Positions 36,578-49,800 of a stretch of 64,000 nucleotides of DNA are shown piece by piece; positions within the stretch are counted from its first letter, which is position 1; the number at the start of each line of letters is the position of its first letter. The stretch covers positions 1-64,000 of IMG/VR virus record IMGVR_UViG_3300022602_000024. One strand, written 5' to 3'. Below the pieces are notes generated by a model. That model did no database searches. It worked only from the letters and a program-made list of their open reading frames with translations, and was not told the DNA's origin. Both the position numbers and the translations under genes were made by a program.

Positions 36578-37245
36578 TAACAAAAATAGATCCTGGGCTA
36601 CAAAGTACAGTTGGCATATCGCCCCAGACACCTTTGCCTGTGTCTTGGTTGGGACTGCCAACAGCACCACAAGTTCATCCGCACTGGGCATCTACTTACG
36701 TGTTAACTCCTGACCAAACTACAAACCTATTAGCACAAATTGGTTACGACAGCAGCGGATGGAACAACGGGTTAATTGGCAACAACAACCAACTTGGGCG
36801 CTATCAAATTTCAACTGTAGTATTAGAAAACTACGGATTATTGGCTGCAGGATCGAATGCATATTATGGCACAGATTGTATATACTATAGACATTGTTGG
36901 CAACAAAATGTAATACCTAGAAGCAACGGCAACGGCAACTATGCTTATAATATAACCAACTATGTTGATTTTTTAAACAATCAATCTGCACAAGATCACT
37001 TAGCATATCAACTATTGTTTGACATAAATGTAGCATTAAGTCAAAACGGAGCGTTAACATCAACCGACACCGAAGACATCATTGCTGGTATGATGTATGT
37101 TGGATGGCAACTAGGTACAGGCATCGGATCAGGATACCAGTACCCGTCAGGGTCGGGAGCATGGGCATGGAGATATCATGCCATTGGCGATGGTGTTAAT
37201 GCATATGTTAGTGGCCGTTATTCTGTAGTTATTTTAAGTCAATAA
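36574..37245 (+). CDS. Possible lysozyme-like baseplate protein (223 aa)
   Basis: ATGA overlap with gp5; LGRYQI...FLNNQSAQD pattern is reminiscent of lysozyme-fold proteins. Weak assignment. Confidence 0.4.
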   Translation: MITKIDPGLQSTVGISPQTPLPVSWLGLPTAPQVHPHWASTYVLTPDQTTNLLAQIGYDSSGWNNGLIGNNNQLGRYQISTVVLENYGLLAAGSNAYYGTDCIYYRHCWQQNVIPRSNGNGNYAYNITNYVDFLNNQSAQDHLAYQLLFDINVALSQNGALTSTDTEDIIAGMMYVGWQLGTGIGSGYQYPSGSGAWAWRYHAIGDGVNAYVSGRYSVVILSQ

Positions 37246-37253
37246 ATACTATT

Positions 37254-37661
37254 ATGAGTACATACCGCGGATTTAGCACATTACAAAATTACAAAACGTA
37301 TACTCTTACGGATTTTCAGTTGGCTCAACAAGACCTTATTAACTATTTTAGTATTAAAAAAGGTGAAAAGTTGATGCAACCAAATTTTGGAAGTGATATA
37401 TGGGCTACATTATTTGAACCATTAGACGAAACAACACAGGCCATAATCACCGCTGACATCAATAAAATAGTTAACTACGATCCAAGATTAGCAATAACAG
37501 AAATTAATGTGACTAAACAAAACAACGGTTTCTTAATTCAAATGAATATCAGCTATGTTCCTACGGATGAAACTGCAACAATTTTATTAAACTTTGACCG
37601 CAATAGTCAGACATTAACCACTGGTGCAAGTAACCCAATTACAGGTGCGTTGATCGGTTGA
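37254..37661 (+). CDS. gp25: Baseplate wedge subunit
   Basis: DLINYF...KGEKLMQPNFGS.IW..LFEPL and I...DPRL motifs. Confidence 0.88.
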   Translation: MSTYRGFSTLQNYKTYTLTDFQLAQQDLINYFSIKKGEKLMQPNFGSDIWATLFEPLDETTQAIITADINKIVNYDPRLAITEINVTKQNNGFLIQMNISYVPTDETATILLNFDRNSQTLTTGASNPITGALIG

Positions 37662-37725
37662 TATACTACCGCTAATTAACTGGCCATATTATAACCTAAA
37701 TAAATACTGTATATAGGTAAAAAAT

Positions 37726-40700
37726 ATGGCACAAACCACACGTCAATCAAGTCTACTAGTAAACCAAGATTGGACCAAAGTCTATCAAGCGTTTACTAAC
37801 GCTGACTTTACTAGTTACGATTTCCAAACTCTGCGCAATAGTATGATCAACTATTTGCAGACTTTTTACCCAGAGACTTTTAACGACTTCTTAGAAAGCA
37901 GTGAGTATCTAGCACTCATTGACATGATTGCTTTCTTGGGGCAAAGTCTTGCGTTTCGCACAGATTTGAATGCACGTGAAAACTTTATTGATACTGCACA
38001 ACGTCGTGACAGTATCTTAAAACTAGCTCGTATGTTGAGCTACAATCCCAGCAGAAATGTGGCGGCACAAGGACTCTTAAAGATTGATAGTATTCGTACA
38101 ACAGAATCAATCTACGACAGTAATAACAATAATCTTGCTAATGCTACAGTTAACTGGAACGATATTACCAACGATAGTTGGCTTGAACAATTCACTGCCA
38201 TTGTCAATGCAGCATTGGTAACTGAAGAACAAATTGGTAAACCTGGTAATAGCAAGTTAATCAACAATATTCAAACAGATGAATATACAATCAATTTAAA
38301 TCCTAGCGTTTTGCCAGTAGCCCCATTTACAGTAAATGTGCAAGGATCATCAATGGGATTTGAGGCAGTGAGTGCTACTACTGCTGGACAGAATTACATA
38401 TACGAAAGTGACCCTACAAAACTAGGCGCATTTAATATTTTATATCAAAATGACAACAATGGTAATGGTAGTAATAACACAGGATTCTTTTTGTTCTTTA
38501 AACAAGGAACATTAAATGTTACAAATTTTAATATTACTAATGCCATCCCAAATAACTATGTTCCAGTTAATACAAACAACATAACAGATACTGACCAATG
38601 GTTATACGCATTAGATGTAAACGGAAACCCAACCACATTGTGGACACAAGTTCCTGCATTGCCTGGTATCAATGTAATTTATAACAATTCGACTGATAAA
38701 AACTTATATCAAGTCAATAGCTTAAACAACGATCAAGTCAATATTGTTTTTGGTGACGGAAGTTTTAGTAATATCCCACAAGGTGCATTTAGTTTTTTCT
38801 ATAGAACTGCCAATGGTCAAACATATACCATTGGTCCTGACGATATGGCCGCAGTTACTATTAGATTTAATTATATTAGTAAAAATAATATAGTAGAAAC
38901 GTTAACTGCTACTGCAAGTTTAAAATACACAGTGGCCAGTGCAAATGCTGCTCCAAGTACTACCAGCATTAAAACTCTAGCCCCACAAAATTACTATACA
39001 CAAAATCGTATGATTACCGCGGAAGATTATAATATTTTCCCATTAACCAACTTCACTAGCATACAAAAAATCAAAGCATTGAATCGTAGCAGTAGCGGAG
39101 TTAGTTTATACTTAGATGCCATTGATCCCACTGGTAGCTATTCTAGTACAAATATTTTTGGTGATGATGGCACAATATCCGCCAACAACACCATCAAGTC
39201 TACTACATTTAGTTTCTTAACAACCAATGACATCTATTCTGCAATCTACAATGATATTATTCCAATTGTTGAATCCACAGAAGTAAAAAATTATTTTTAC
39301 GGAACTTACCCAAGATACAATGTGTCCACGGTTGGTGCAAATGTATCTTTTGAACAATACACTAGCTCAACTTCAACTAGTTCGGGTTACTTGCAATTGG
39401 CTGGTAACACATTGCCAGTGGGAGTAAGTGTCAGTGGCAATCTAGGAAACTTATATTACATCAACACAGGAGCATTGTTACAATTTAATGCACCCACTGG
39501 CTATTATTTTGATAGCCAACATGCGTTACAATCAGGAACTCCTGTTGCGGCCGGAGATACTATTTCTTTTTATTCTGCAGTCACTGGTATAGTACCACAA
39601 ACAAGCGTATCAACTCCAAATTTGGTCACATTAGGCACAGTTGTTCCCACTGGTGCAATTTTAAGTGACATTGGGTTACAAGGTAATGCCGCAATTATTC
39701 CTACGTATACAACAGGATTTAATGCAAACTTAGTAACAATAATGGTTAGCCAAATACAGGCAAAAGTTAATTTTGGTCTAAAATTTGATCAAACAGTTAT
39801 TAACGGTGACGGGTCAAGAGGTGCTTGGACAAACATATTACCAAGTAATATCATAACAGACAACACCTGGATGTTAAAATTTACTTATAGCCAAGGCCTG
39901 TATAATGTTCAATATAAAGTAATTGATTATACATTTGCTAGCGATGCAGAAACTAATTTCTATTTTGATCCCAGTGTGACTGTGTATGATTCAGCGACAG
40001 GATTAAGTATTACTGATTCAATTAAAATATTAAAAATAAACACAAAATACGATACATCAGTGCCATTGGGACAAGACTTATCCTGGCAAATATACGACAC
40101 AGTGACAGAGTCTGATGGCTATGTTGATCAACGTCAAGTACGTGTTACTTTCCCTAGCACACAGATGCTTGGCGTACCAGACAATCCTGACTTATACACT
40201 TTGGTTGCTAATACTGCACCTAGTAGGTCTAGTTTGTATTTCCAGTACAAACACAATGCACCTGCCCGTAGTCGTGTTGATCCAACTCCAGTAAACATAA
40301 TGGATTTGTATATATTAACAGCTGCTTACAGTGGCGACTACATTGCATGGCTACAAGATTTAACAGGTACTGTACCAGAACCTGTTCCCCCAACTAGTAG
40401 CAGTTTAGAAGTAGCATATTCCACTTTAGAAAAATACAAAACTACTAGCGATAGTCTAGTATACAATCCAGCAAAATTTAAACCTTTGTTTGGTGCCAAA
40501 GCAGATCCTAGCCTGCAAGCAAACTTCCAAGTGGTTATTAATCCTGCAGTTGGTATTTCTGCAAACGAAATAAAAACATTAATTATCAATGCAATGAATG
40601 CTTATTTTAATCCTGCTAACTGGGATTTTGGAGACACATTCTATTTTTCAGAGTTGGCAGCATATTTGCACGCTACACTTGCACCAAACTTAGCAAGTAT

Positions 40701-40866
40701 TGTAATTGTTCCTACTAACAACAGTTTAATATTTGGTAACTATTTTCAAGTCAATGCTGAACCTTGGGAAATAATCACTTCTGCCGCAACTGTTAACAAT
40801 ATAGAAGTAGTAAGTGCAATTACTGCTGCATCGCTGAACTTGAATCCAAATTACATCTTGGGATAA
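37726..40866 (+). CDS. gp6: Baseplate wedge subunit (1046 aa)
   Basis: DF..LR..MI.YL, DF.ESSE..ALID..A, ENF.DTA.RR.S..KLA, FGDG and QNRMITAEDY motifs. Confidence 0.85.
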   Translation: MAQTTRQSSLLVNQDWTKVYQAFTNADFTSYDFQTLRNSMINYLQTFYPETFNDFLESSEYLALIDMIAFLGQSLAFRTDLNARENFIDTAQRRDSILKLARMLSYNPSRNVAAQGLLKIDSIRTTESIYDSNNNNLANATVNWNDITNDSWLEQFTAIVNAALVTEEQIGKPGNSKLINNIQTDEYTINLNPSVLPVAPFTVNVQGSSMGFEAVSATTAGQNYIYESDPTKLGAFNILYQNDNNGNGSNNTGFFLFFKQGTLNVTNFNITNAIPNNYVPVNTNNITDTDQWLYALDVNGNPTTLWTQVPALPGINVIYNNSTDKNLYQVNSLNNDQVNIVFGDGSFSNIPQGAFSFFYRTANGQTYTIGPDDMAAVTIRFNYISKNNIVETLTATASLKYTVASANAAPSTTSIKTLAPQNYYTQNRMITAEDYNIFPLTNFTSIQKIKALNRSSSGVSLYLDAIDPTGSYSSTNIFGDDGTISANNTIKSTTFSFLTTNDIYSAIYNDIIPIVESTEVKNYFYGTYPRYNVSTVGANVSFEQYTSSTSTSSGYLQLAGNTLPVGVSVSGNLGNLYYINTGALLQFNAPTGYYFDSQHALQSGTPVAAGDTISFYSAVTGIVPQTSVSTPNLVTLGTVVPTGAILSDIGLQGNAAIIPTYTTGFNANLVTIMVSQIQAKVNFGLKFDQTVINGDGSRGAWTNILPSNIITDNTWMLKFTYSQGLYNVQYKVIDYTFASDAETNFYFDPSVTVYDSATGLSITDSIKILKINTKYDTSVPLGQDLSWQIYDTVTESDGYVDQRQVRVTFPSTQMLGVPDNPDLYTLVANTAPSRSSLYFQYKHNAPARSRVDPTPVNIMDLYILTAAYSGDYIAWLQDLTGTVPEPVPPTSSSLEVAYSTLEKYKTTSDSLVYNPAKFKPLFGAKADPSLQANFQVVINPAVGISANEIKTLIINAMNAYFNPANWDFGDTFYFSELAAYLHATLAPNLASIVIVPTNNSLIFGNYFQVNAEPWEIITSAATVNNIEVVSAITAASLNLNPNYILG

Positions 40867-40869
40867 TAA

Positions 40870-43800
40870 ATGGCTCTTTTTAACACAATTAATTTTTTAC
40901 CTTCCGTATTCCAAACTGTAACTAATCAACGGTTTTTAGGCGCCACTCTTGACCAGTTAGTAACTGATGCAGTGAATGTCCCCACTGACGGATACATTGG
41001 GCGTACATTTGCCCCAACATATCAAGCCGGGGACAATTATATTCCTGAACTCAACGAGTTAAGAAAAAATTATCAACTTGAGGCTAGTGTAGTTGTTACT
41101 GATAAAAACAATAATATTGAATTTAATGCTGGATTCATTGACTTATTGAACAGCCTATATTCAAACGGCGGAATAGTTAATAATCAACAAAGACTATTTG
41201 CGGGAGACAAATACAATTATGATGGCCATTTTGATTATGATAAGTTTGTAAACTATTATAATTATTATTGGTTGCCCAACGGCCCATTGGACGCAAACGG
41301 AAATCCTACGTCAGTGGCAGTATCAGCAGCAGGTACACCGTACTCGGCAATTTATACAGTTACACGCAATACCGCACTAGGCGGATATGTTTTTAGCGGA
41401 TTAGGTACACAACCTAACTTGCCGTTGACATTGGCACGCAGCGGAACTTATCAATTTGTTATTAACCAGCCTGGCATTAACTTTTGGATACAAAGTGATT
41501 CTGGCATTGCCGGAACTAAATCTAATCTTCCATCTGTCAGCACACGTTCTGTGTTTGGAGTCAAAAACAACGGCACAGACAGCGGCACAATAACATTTAC
41601 AGTACCGTCATCATCTAGTCAAGATTTCTATGCCAATATGCCAGTTGTGGCCAATGTGGATGCTGCGGTTAACAATTTAAAATACAAAGATATACAAGGA
41701 CAACTTCTTAGTACATTCTTAGCCAACAACGGATCTGGTATAGATGGTATTAACAATTCATTGTCTGGGAAAAAATTTATTTTTGTATACGAGATAACAA
41801 CTGATGCAGACTGGACAGTTAACGGTGTAACTATCCCTGCAGCACAACGCAATAGTGTTTGGCAAATTACGGTTAACAATACAAATGGCATTATGTCTCT
41901 TAATCCGGTGCAAACAGTTACACCTCTAACCAAGGTTTCTATCACATCTGGTAAAACATATGCAAGCGTGCAGTTTTGGTTAAACAATAATTTTCAATAT
42001 TTAACTATTCCAAATATAACTGCTGCTCAAGAGTTTTTGTATTACCAAGACAGCCTAAACCCTGACTTTAACGGAGTGATTAAACTGGTTGACAACTCTT
42101 CGGCAGTCATTGATGTAGAGGCTGAAATCATTGGAAAGACAGGATATGTTAGTCCCAATGGAGTACTGTTTACTAATGGATTAAAAATACAATTTGATGC
42201 AACTGTGACTTCTGCTACTTACGCTGGTAATCAATATTATGTCGAAGGAGTTGGTACTGGCATGACATTGGTACCAGTGTCAGAATTGGTATCGCCTATT
42301 CCTGTTGGGGCATTTGGAATTGACACCAATGAAGAAGCAGATTATATAACCATTAACCGTGCTAGTCAAGACAGAAATCCCTGGTCGGTTGGTAATCACT
42401 GGTTTCATAAGGATGTTATTGAAGCAACTGCCAAATACAACAACGAACAGGTGACTATTGCTAGTTATGGTCCAAACATCGCCGGACGTCGCCCTATTAT
42501 TGAATTTGAGCCCAACTTACAGTTGTTTAACTATGGCAAACAAGCTGGCAATAAGATAACTTACATTACATTTGAAGCAACAGATGCATTTGCAGACATT
42601 GAAGGGCAAAGAACTTATACTTTAGATGGGCACGTATTAAAAAATGGCGACCGTATTGTTTTTGCCAATGATTATGACATTACCATTGTAAATGAAATTT
42701 GGGAAGTGCAAATACAAGAAGTCAGTGCTGGTATACAATACTTGACCTTGGTTGAAACCACAGATGATCCAGTGTTACCCGGACAAAACTTTTTAGTAAC
42801 CAGTGGGTTGCACGCTGGTAAAATTTATCAATATAACGGAACTTGGAATTCTATTCCTTGCCAAATCAAATATACTTTAAATCAACCTCCTTTGTTTGAT
42901 CTAGTAGACAGCAACGGTTATAGTTTTGCAGACACTACTGTTTATCCTGGTAGTACATTTGCTGGAACACAATTCTTTGGATATAATGTTCCCACAGTCT
43001 CGGCCGGTTCGTTTATTGTAGGGTCAACCTACACAATCACATCCGTTGGTACAACAGACTTTACTGCAATAGGGGCAAGTGCAAATCAGTATGGCATTAC
43101 TTTCACAGCCACTGGTGTTGGTACTGGTACAGGCATGGCTTGTTCAGTATCTTTGGCAGATACCCTACTAGGATTTCCATTAACATATCAAAACTTTAAC
43201 AATATCGGCGATATCCAGTTTAGCAATTATTACGATACAGATACATTTACATACGTAGAAAATCAATCCGTGGTTGCTGTTAACTGTAACTCTGGTTACC
43301 TTAATAAAAATTCCGGACTTACTACTAGTACAAAACTAAACAATTGGGTCAGTAGCATTGAAGTAACAGAGCAGTTTCAAACATTTACTAATTTCTTCAA
43401 TGGAAGAACATTACCATTAAATGGAGTTGAGACTGCATATGTACCCATTGATGTATTGCCAGTTACTCAAAAAACAATCCCTCATATTAAAGTTTATCTC
43501 AATAATAATTTGTTAATGGGTCCTGGCACAGCTACAAATCCACAAGACTATCAGATTAGTCAATTTGGAATTTATAATGCTATAACATTAACTACATTGC
43601 CAACTGTTGGTGATAAAATTGATGTTAAGATTTTTAGCAATACTGCAAGTTCCTTGGGCTACTACGAAGTGCCTGACAACTTAGATTTTAACGCATTAAA
43701 TGAAAATTTTGAAACAATCACTTTAGGGCAAATAAGAACACACTACAATACGCTAATAGAGAATAAAGCAGTAGGTACAACAACAACTCCGCCATTGCAA

Positions 43801-46800
43801 GACAGTTACCTAAAACAACAAGGTGGTACAATATTAAAACATGATTCTCCGTTGGTTTATGCAATGACTTTCTTAGCTGATCCGACAGTTAATTTTGAAA
43901 ACGGAATAAATCTAGCCAGAAGAGAATACACTAAATTTAAAAATAAATTTTTAAATCTCAGTACAACACTAAGCACACTGAACTATTCTGATGTTGCTGG
44001 AAGCGTTGATAAAATATTGCAGAACATTAACGGAATAAAAAATAGTAGTTTTCCTTGGTATTATAGCGACATGGTACCTCAAGGCAGTAACTATTTTACC
44101 ATAACATATAATGTAGTTAATGCAAGACAGACACAATATGAAATTAGCAGTATCTTTAATAATACTGTTATCAGTAATCGTTCTGTATTAATTTATGTCA
44201 ATGGCGTGCAAAAAACAGTGGGCGCGGATTATAATTTTAGTTTAGTAAGTCCGTCGGTGACATTCACCAATACACTAACAGTCGGAGATGTTATTGTAAT
44301 CAGAGAATACAGCAGCACTGACGGAAATTATATTCCCGAAACTCCTAGTAAGTTAGGACTCTATCCTTCGACTCCACCGGAGATTTATGTAGATAATACA
44401 TACCAGACTCCTACTACAGTTATTCGCGGTCACGATGGTAGTTTAACTCCGGCATTTGGTGATTTCAGAGATCAATTTTTGTTGGAGCTTGAGTTAAGAA
44501 TCTACAATAATATCAAATCAAACTATGCTAATAATCAAATTGATTTATCTGCAATCACTCCTGGACGTTTTAGAACAACTGATTATTCGTTGGCTGAATA
44601 CAATCAAGTACTAGCGCAACATTTTTTAACCTGGGTTGGATCTAATAGTGTAGACTATACTTCTAACAGTGGATACAGTCCAAATAATCCATGGACTTGG
44701 AACTATGGAGAATTTCCAGACATAGTTGACGGTACATATTTACAAGGTTTTTGGCGTGCAATATACAAATATTGGTACGACACTGATACCCCTAATCTAA
44801 CTCCCTGGGAGATGCTAGGGTTTAGTAGCAGACCCAGCTGGTGGACAAAACGTTATGGTCCTGCACCTTATACCAGCGGCAATACATTGCTATGGGAAGA
44901 CATGGAAGCAGGATATGTTTGGAATAACGGAACTCCTTACACTAACACAAACTATGCAAGACCTGGATTGACCACTTTAAATGGTCGTGGATTTGTCCCA
45001 GTTGATTCTGCAGGAAATTTACTAACCCCAACTCAGATTCCGGTATTTAAACAATATAATTATTCTGGCGCCAGCAGTAATTTTTCAGTTGGTCAGCAAG
45101 GTCCGGTAGAAACAGCTTGGCGCAGAAGCAGTGATTATCCTTTTGCAGTACAAAATACCCTGGCATTATTATATCCAGCCAAGTATTTTGCAACACAACT
45201 AGATACTTCAAGATTTTATAAAAATTCAGCCACTGGGCAATTCACAGACTCTAGTAACCGAGCAATTGCACCTAAGTTACTAACAGTCAACGGAGCAACA
45301 GTCAATGGAACTGTGCAAAGGACCAGTGGATACATTAATTGGATTGCAGACGGGATTAAAAATCTAGGAATGGATCCAGCGGCATTGATCACCGAATACT
45401 TTACCAATTTGTCTGTACAACTAAATTATAAGGTCGGCGGATTCATTGATCAAAATTTAATCACAATATCTGCAGAACAAACAACACCTGGCTCTACCAA
45501 TGCATCTGTTATTATTCCCGATACAAACTATAAGGTATATCTTAGTAAATCTGTACCAGTTTCATCATTGATATATAGCGCAGTTATTATAGAGTTAACT
45601 TCCTTGGGCTATAGTGTCAAAGGATACGATACAAACAATCCATTTTTTAGTATTATTCCTAGTATTGCCAGTGGCAATGTGATACCTGTGACTGCTAATA
45701 ATATAACTGTGCAACTGTATCAAGATAAAACAAATACAGTGCAAACTGTTCCTTATGGTACAACATTTACCAGCATACAACAAACTGCTGATTTTTTATA
45801 CAGTTACGAAAGATATTTGATATCACAGGGACTGGTATTTAATACGTTTAATCCAGATTTAAATATTGAACAAAACTGGACTCTGAGCATTCAAGAATTT
45901 ATGTATTGGGCACAACAAGGCTGGGCACCTGGCAATGTTATCATATTAAATCCAATTTCAACACAGTTAGAATTAAATGTTCCCGGTGCAGTTATTGATG
46001 AGATCAATAATACCAGTAACGGTAATAGAATCTTAGATGAAAACTTTAATCCGATTAAGAGTAATTTCTTTAATATTATACGTACCGATGGCCCTGATGG
46101 TAATAGATCTTTGATAAGCACTATCAACGGATCAACTATTGCTTATGCACATCTGAGCTTGGTACAGTATGAACATGTATTGGTATTTGATAATGTTGAT
46201 GCCTTCGGGGATATCATTTATATTCCTAGTCAAGGAACCAGACAATATCGTTTAAAATTGAATGGCACCAAAACTGGAGCTTGGAATGGCGCATTGAGTG
46301 CTCCAGGATATATCTATAGTAACCCAAATTTAAAAACTTGGTCTACTGGCACAGATTATAAACTCGGCGACATTGTTATATATAACAATAGATACTATAC
46401 TGCAAGTCAGGACATACCAGCTGCAACAACGTTTAACTTGTCTCTATGGACTCCAATTAATCAGAGCGATATACAAACTGGGTTACTAAGTAATTTTGCA
46501 TTAAATGCCGAAGAGTTTGTGAACTTTTATGATGTAGATAACCCACCACAGAATAAAATTTATCAAGAATATGCGTCGGGTTTGATTGGCTTCAGACAAC
46601 GCCAATATTTAACAGACTTAGGTGTTAGTTTACCCACACAGACCAAATTCTATCAGGGATTCATCAAGCAAAAAGGTACAAACAATGCTATCAATGCGCT
46701 GACAAAAGCCAACTTTAACAATGTTCAAGGTAACTTGAATGTTTATGAGGAATGGGCATTCTTGGCTGGAGTTTACGGTGGAGTAAACAGCAATCAGTTT

Positions 46801-49800
46801 AAAGAATTTGTATTGGATCAAGCTGTATTCAATACTAATCCTGTTGCGTTTACCATTGGCGACACATATAGTACTGCAAATGCTATTATAGATTTTACAT
46901 TGGCAAATATTTATAATGCTAGCAATCTGTATACTACAAGCACATCAGTATATACTAATCGTACAAATACTTCTTATATAGAAGATTTGCCTACCACTGG
47001 ATATATGAATCTTCAAGACATTGATTATACTATATTTGATATTGCTAATATTAATCCTACTACAGAAAATATTACCAACTTGGGCGCAGGAAGCAAAATT
47101 TGGGTAGCAAAGAATTTTAGTGGACAATGGGATATACTTAGAGCAACAGAAACAAATTTAACTGCAACTGTATTAAGTTATGTTTTAGATAACTACGCAC
47201 AGTTAACTTTTAATAATGCTCACAATTTTAATACCGGTGATGTATTCATATTAAAATATTTTAATAATTCATATGACGGAATTTATACCATTGTTAATGT
47301 ACCTAACTTAACAACAGTGGTTATTGCCATAAATGACATTACCACTGGGTCAGCGTTGAACTCATTGAGCCCGTTAAAGAACTTGATGAGAGTATCTCAT
47401 GTTAATGGAACAGGAACAGTATATCGTCTGACTTCGGCTCACGTGTCTACAGTCACAGATTTGGTTAACTTACCAGTACCGCCTAATGGTTGGTTAGATA
47501 ATGATCATGTATGGGTAGACAACGCCAGTTCTGATGGGTGGGCAACATACACATACAATAAAACATGGCAAGCAAATTCATCTATTAGAATAACTGCTAA
47601 CTCCGCAGTTAATAATTCTTACTTTGGGCATGTTACACGAATTAGCACAGACACTAATACAATATATGTAGGTAGTCCAGGTACACGACAAGTGCAGTTA
47701 TTTGCCAATGTAACCGGAACTTATACCGCGACTACTACTCTATCAAATGTGGATAGCAGTTTTGGTACTGCAATAGAAACACAAGGCAATTTGTTGGCTG
47801 TCGGGGCACCTGTTAGCAGCAATGTACATGTTTATTTAGGAACGACACCAATACAAACTCTACATTCAACTGACGCTATGGAGTTGTTTGGCAGCAGTAT
47901 ATCAATGAGTGCAGATCAACATTGGTTGTATGTTGGCGCACCAGAGTCGGGTAATGTAAAAGCATTCTGGACTGCTACTGTAGGAACAAATACCAACTAC
48001 TGTTACATAGCGACCATTGGCACCACAACAGGCAACTTTGGACAAACTGTTAAAACCAACAGGGACGGGTCTATTGTGATTGTCGGTGCGCCTGCGGCCA
48101 ATACTACAAAAACACAAAACGGCAATGTTTATGTTTACACTAGAACTGCCAACACATTTGTGTTAAGCCAAACTTTAACTAGTCAACATCAAAACAACTA
48201 TGCCAATTTTGGTACCAGTGTAGATATTGACAGCACGGCCACAAATCTATTCATTGGTGTTCCCGGATCTACAGCAGCTGGATATGCCAATGGACAAGTT
48301 GAAAGATATGTATTGACGGGATCAACCTATGTGTTCGATGAAATCATTGCACATCCATTTGGCGACATCGGAACATTTGGGTCTGCAGTCAGTGTTAGTA
48401 GTGATGCTAATATATTGGCAGTGGGCAGTGTTGGTTCGCCTAGTCAAGAAACAACCACATTTGACTACACTACTATGACCATTGATGCCGACACTACTAA
48501 ACTGGTAGATCGTATTTTTAACAGTGGGGCAACATATCTATTCCAACTTTTACAAGATTATTTAACTGGTACCGACGGAGAATATTTATATACACAAGAA
48601 CTTGAAAGTCAGTTGTATTCTGGGGAAGAATATGGTGCTAGTGTTGCTGCCACTCGCGGAGTGATTGCAATCGGTGCACCCGGCTACAATAAAAACCAAG
48701 GAACAGCATACATACTCACTAATAAAACTCAACAGTTGAATTGGAGTGTGACACGTAAACAGTCTCCCGCAGTTGACATCAATAGCATTAATAGAACATT
48801 TATCTATAATAAAACTAATAATAACATTATTACTACACTGGATTTTATTGATCCAATAAAAGGCAAAATACTAAATGCAGTTGATAGAGATATTAACTAT
48901 AAACTAACTAAAGATCCAGCACTCTATAACAAAGGTTCAACTAGTATGGTTGAAAACTTGTCCTGGGGTCCAGAGCAAGTTGGTATAGTATGGTGGGATC
49001 TAAGCACAGTCAGATATATTAATTACGAGCAAGATACACTAACATATAGATTAACAAACTGGGGAACTGTATTCCCTGGTAGTAGTGTTGATGTATATCA
49101 ATGGGTTGAAAGTACAGTTCCTCCAAGCCAATACACAGCCAATGGAGGAATTGGTATTCCGCTACATGCAGATAATTCTGCATATAGCACATACGGATAT
49201 GTGAATCCTGCCAATGGTGTATTGACAGTAAAGTATTATTTCTGGGTCCGAGATTTAACTCTGATTGCCAAAGGAAAAAATAATAGTGTCTATGCAATTG
49301 CAGAATCTATTAGAAATCCACATAGTCAAGGCATACCTTATGCAACAGTACTTAGAGACGATACAGTTGCACTATACAATGTTGATACTTTATTGTCGGG
49401 GTCAAATAGTGTAATACAACTTGGCAGTCAGAATCCTGGCGAAACCAAAGAAACTAATCTAATACACAGTGAATATGCTTTGGTACAAGAAGGAAACCCT
49501 AGTAGTAAAATACCAAATAGCATACTAATCAAATTAATAGACAGTTTGTCTGGAGTCGACAGAGCTGGTAATGTAGTGCCCGATCCTGCTCTTATACCGA
49601 GTCAAGCATACGGAGTCAGCATACGCCCTCGCCAGTCAATGATAATAAATCAGCCATTGGCATTGAGCAACTATTTGAGTTTAGTTAACCCTTTATTGCT
49701 AGCTTATCCTGTTGTGGAACGTAAAGTGTTAACCATATTAAACAGTAGTGAAGCTGCTCCAAATGCAGATTCTGGCGCTTATCAAATAACAGTCAATAAC

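Noticed and set aside
18515-37695. Possible AATAT..G..GTT element near TAAATA boxes (about 18520, 31470, 37680)
   Set aside because: Three loose, AT-rich matches with inconsistent orientation and spacing; not distinguishable from chance without a genome-wide motif search.
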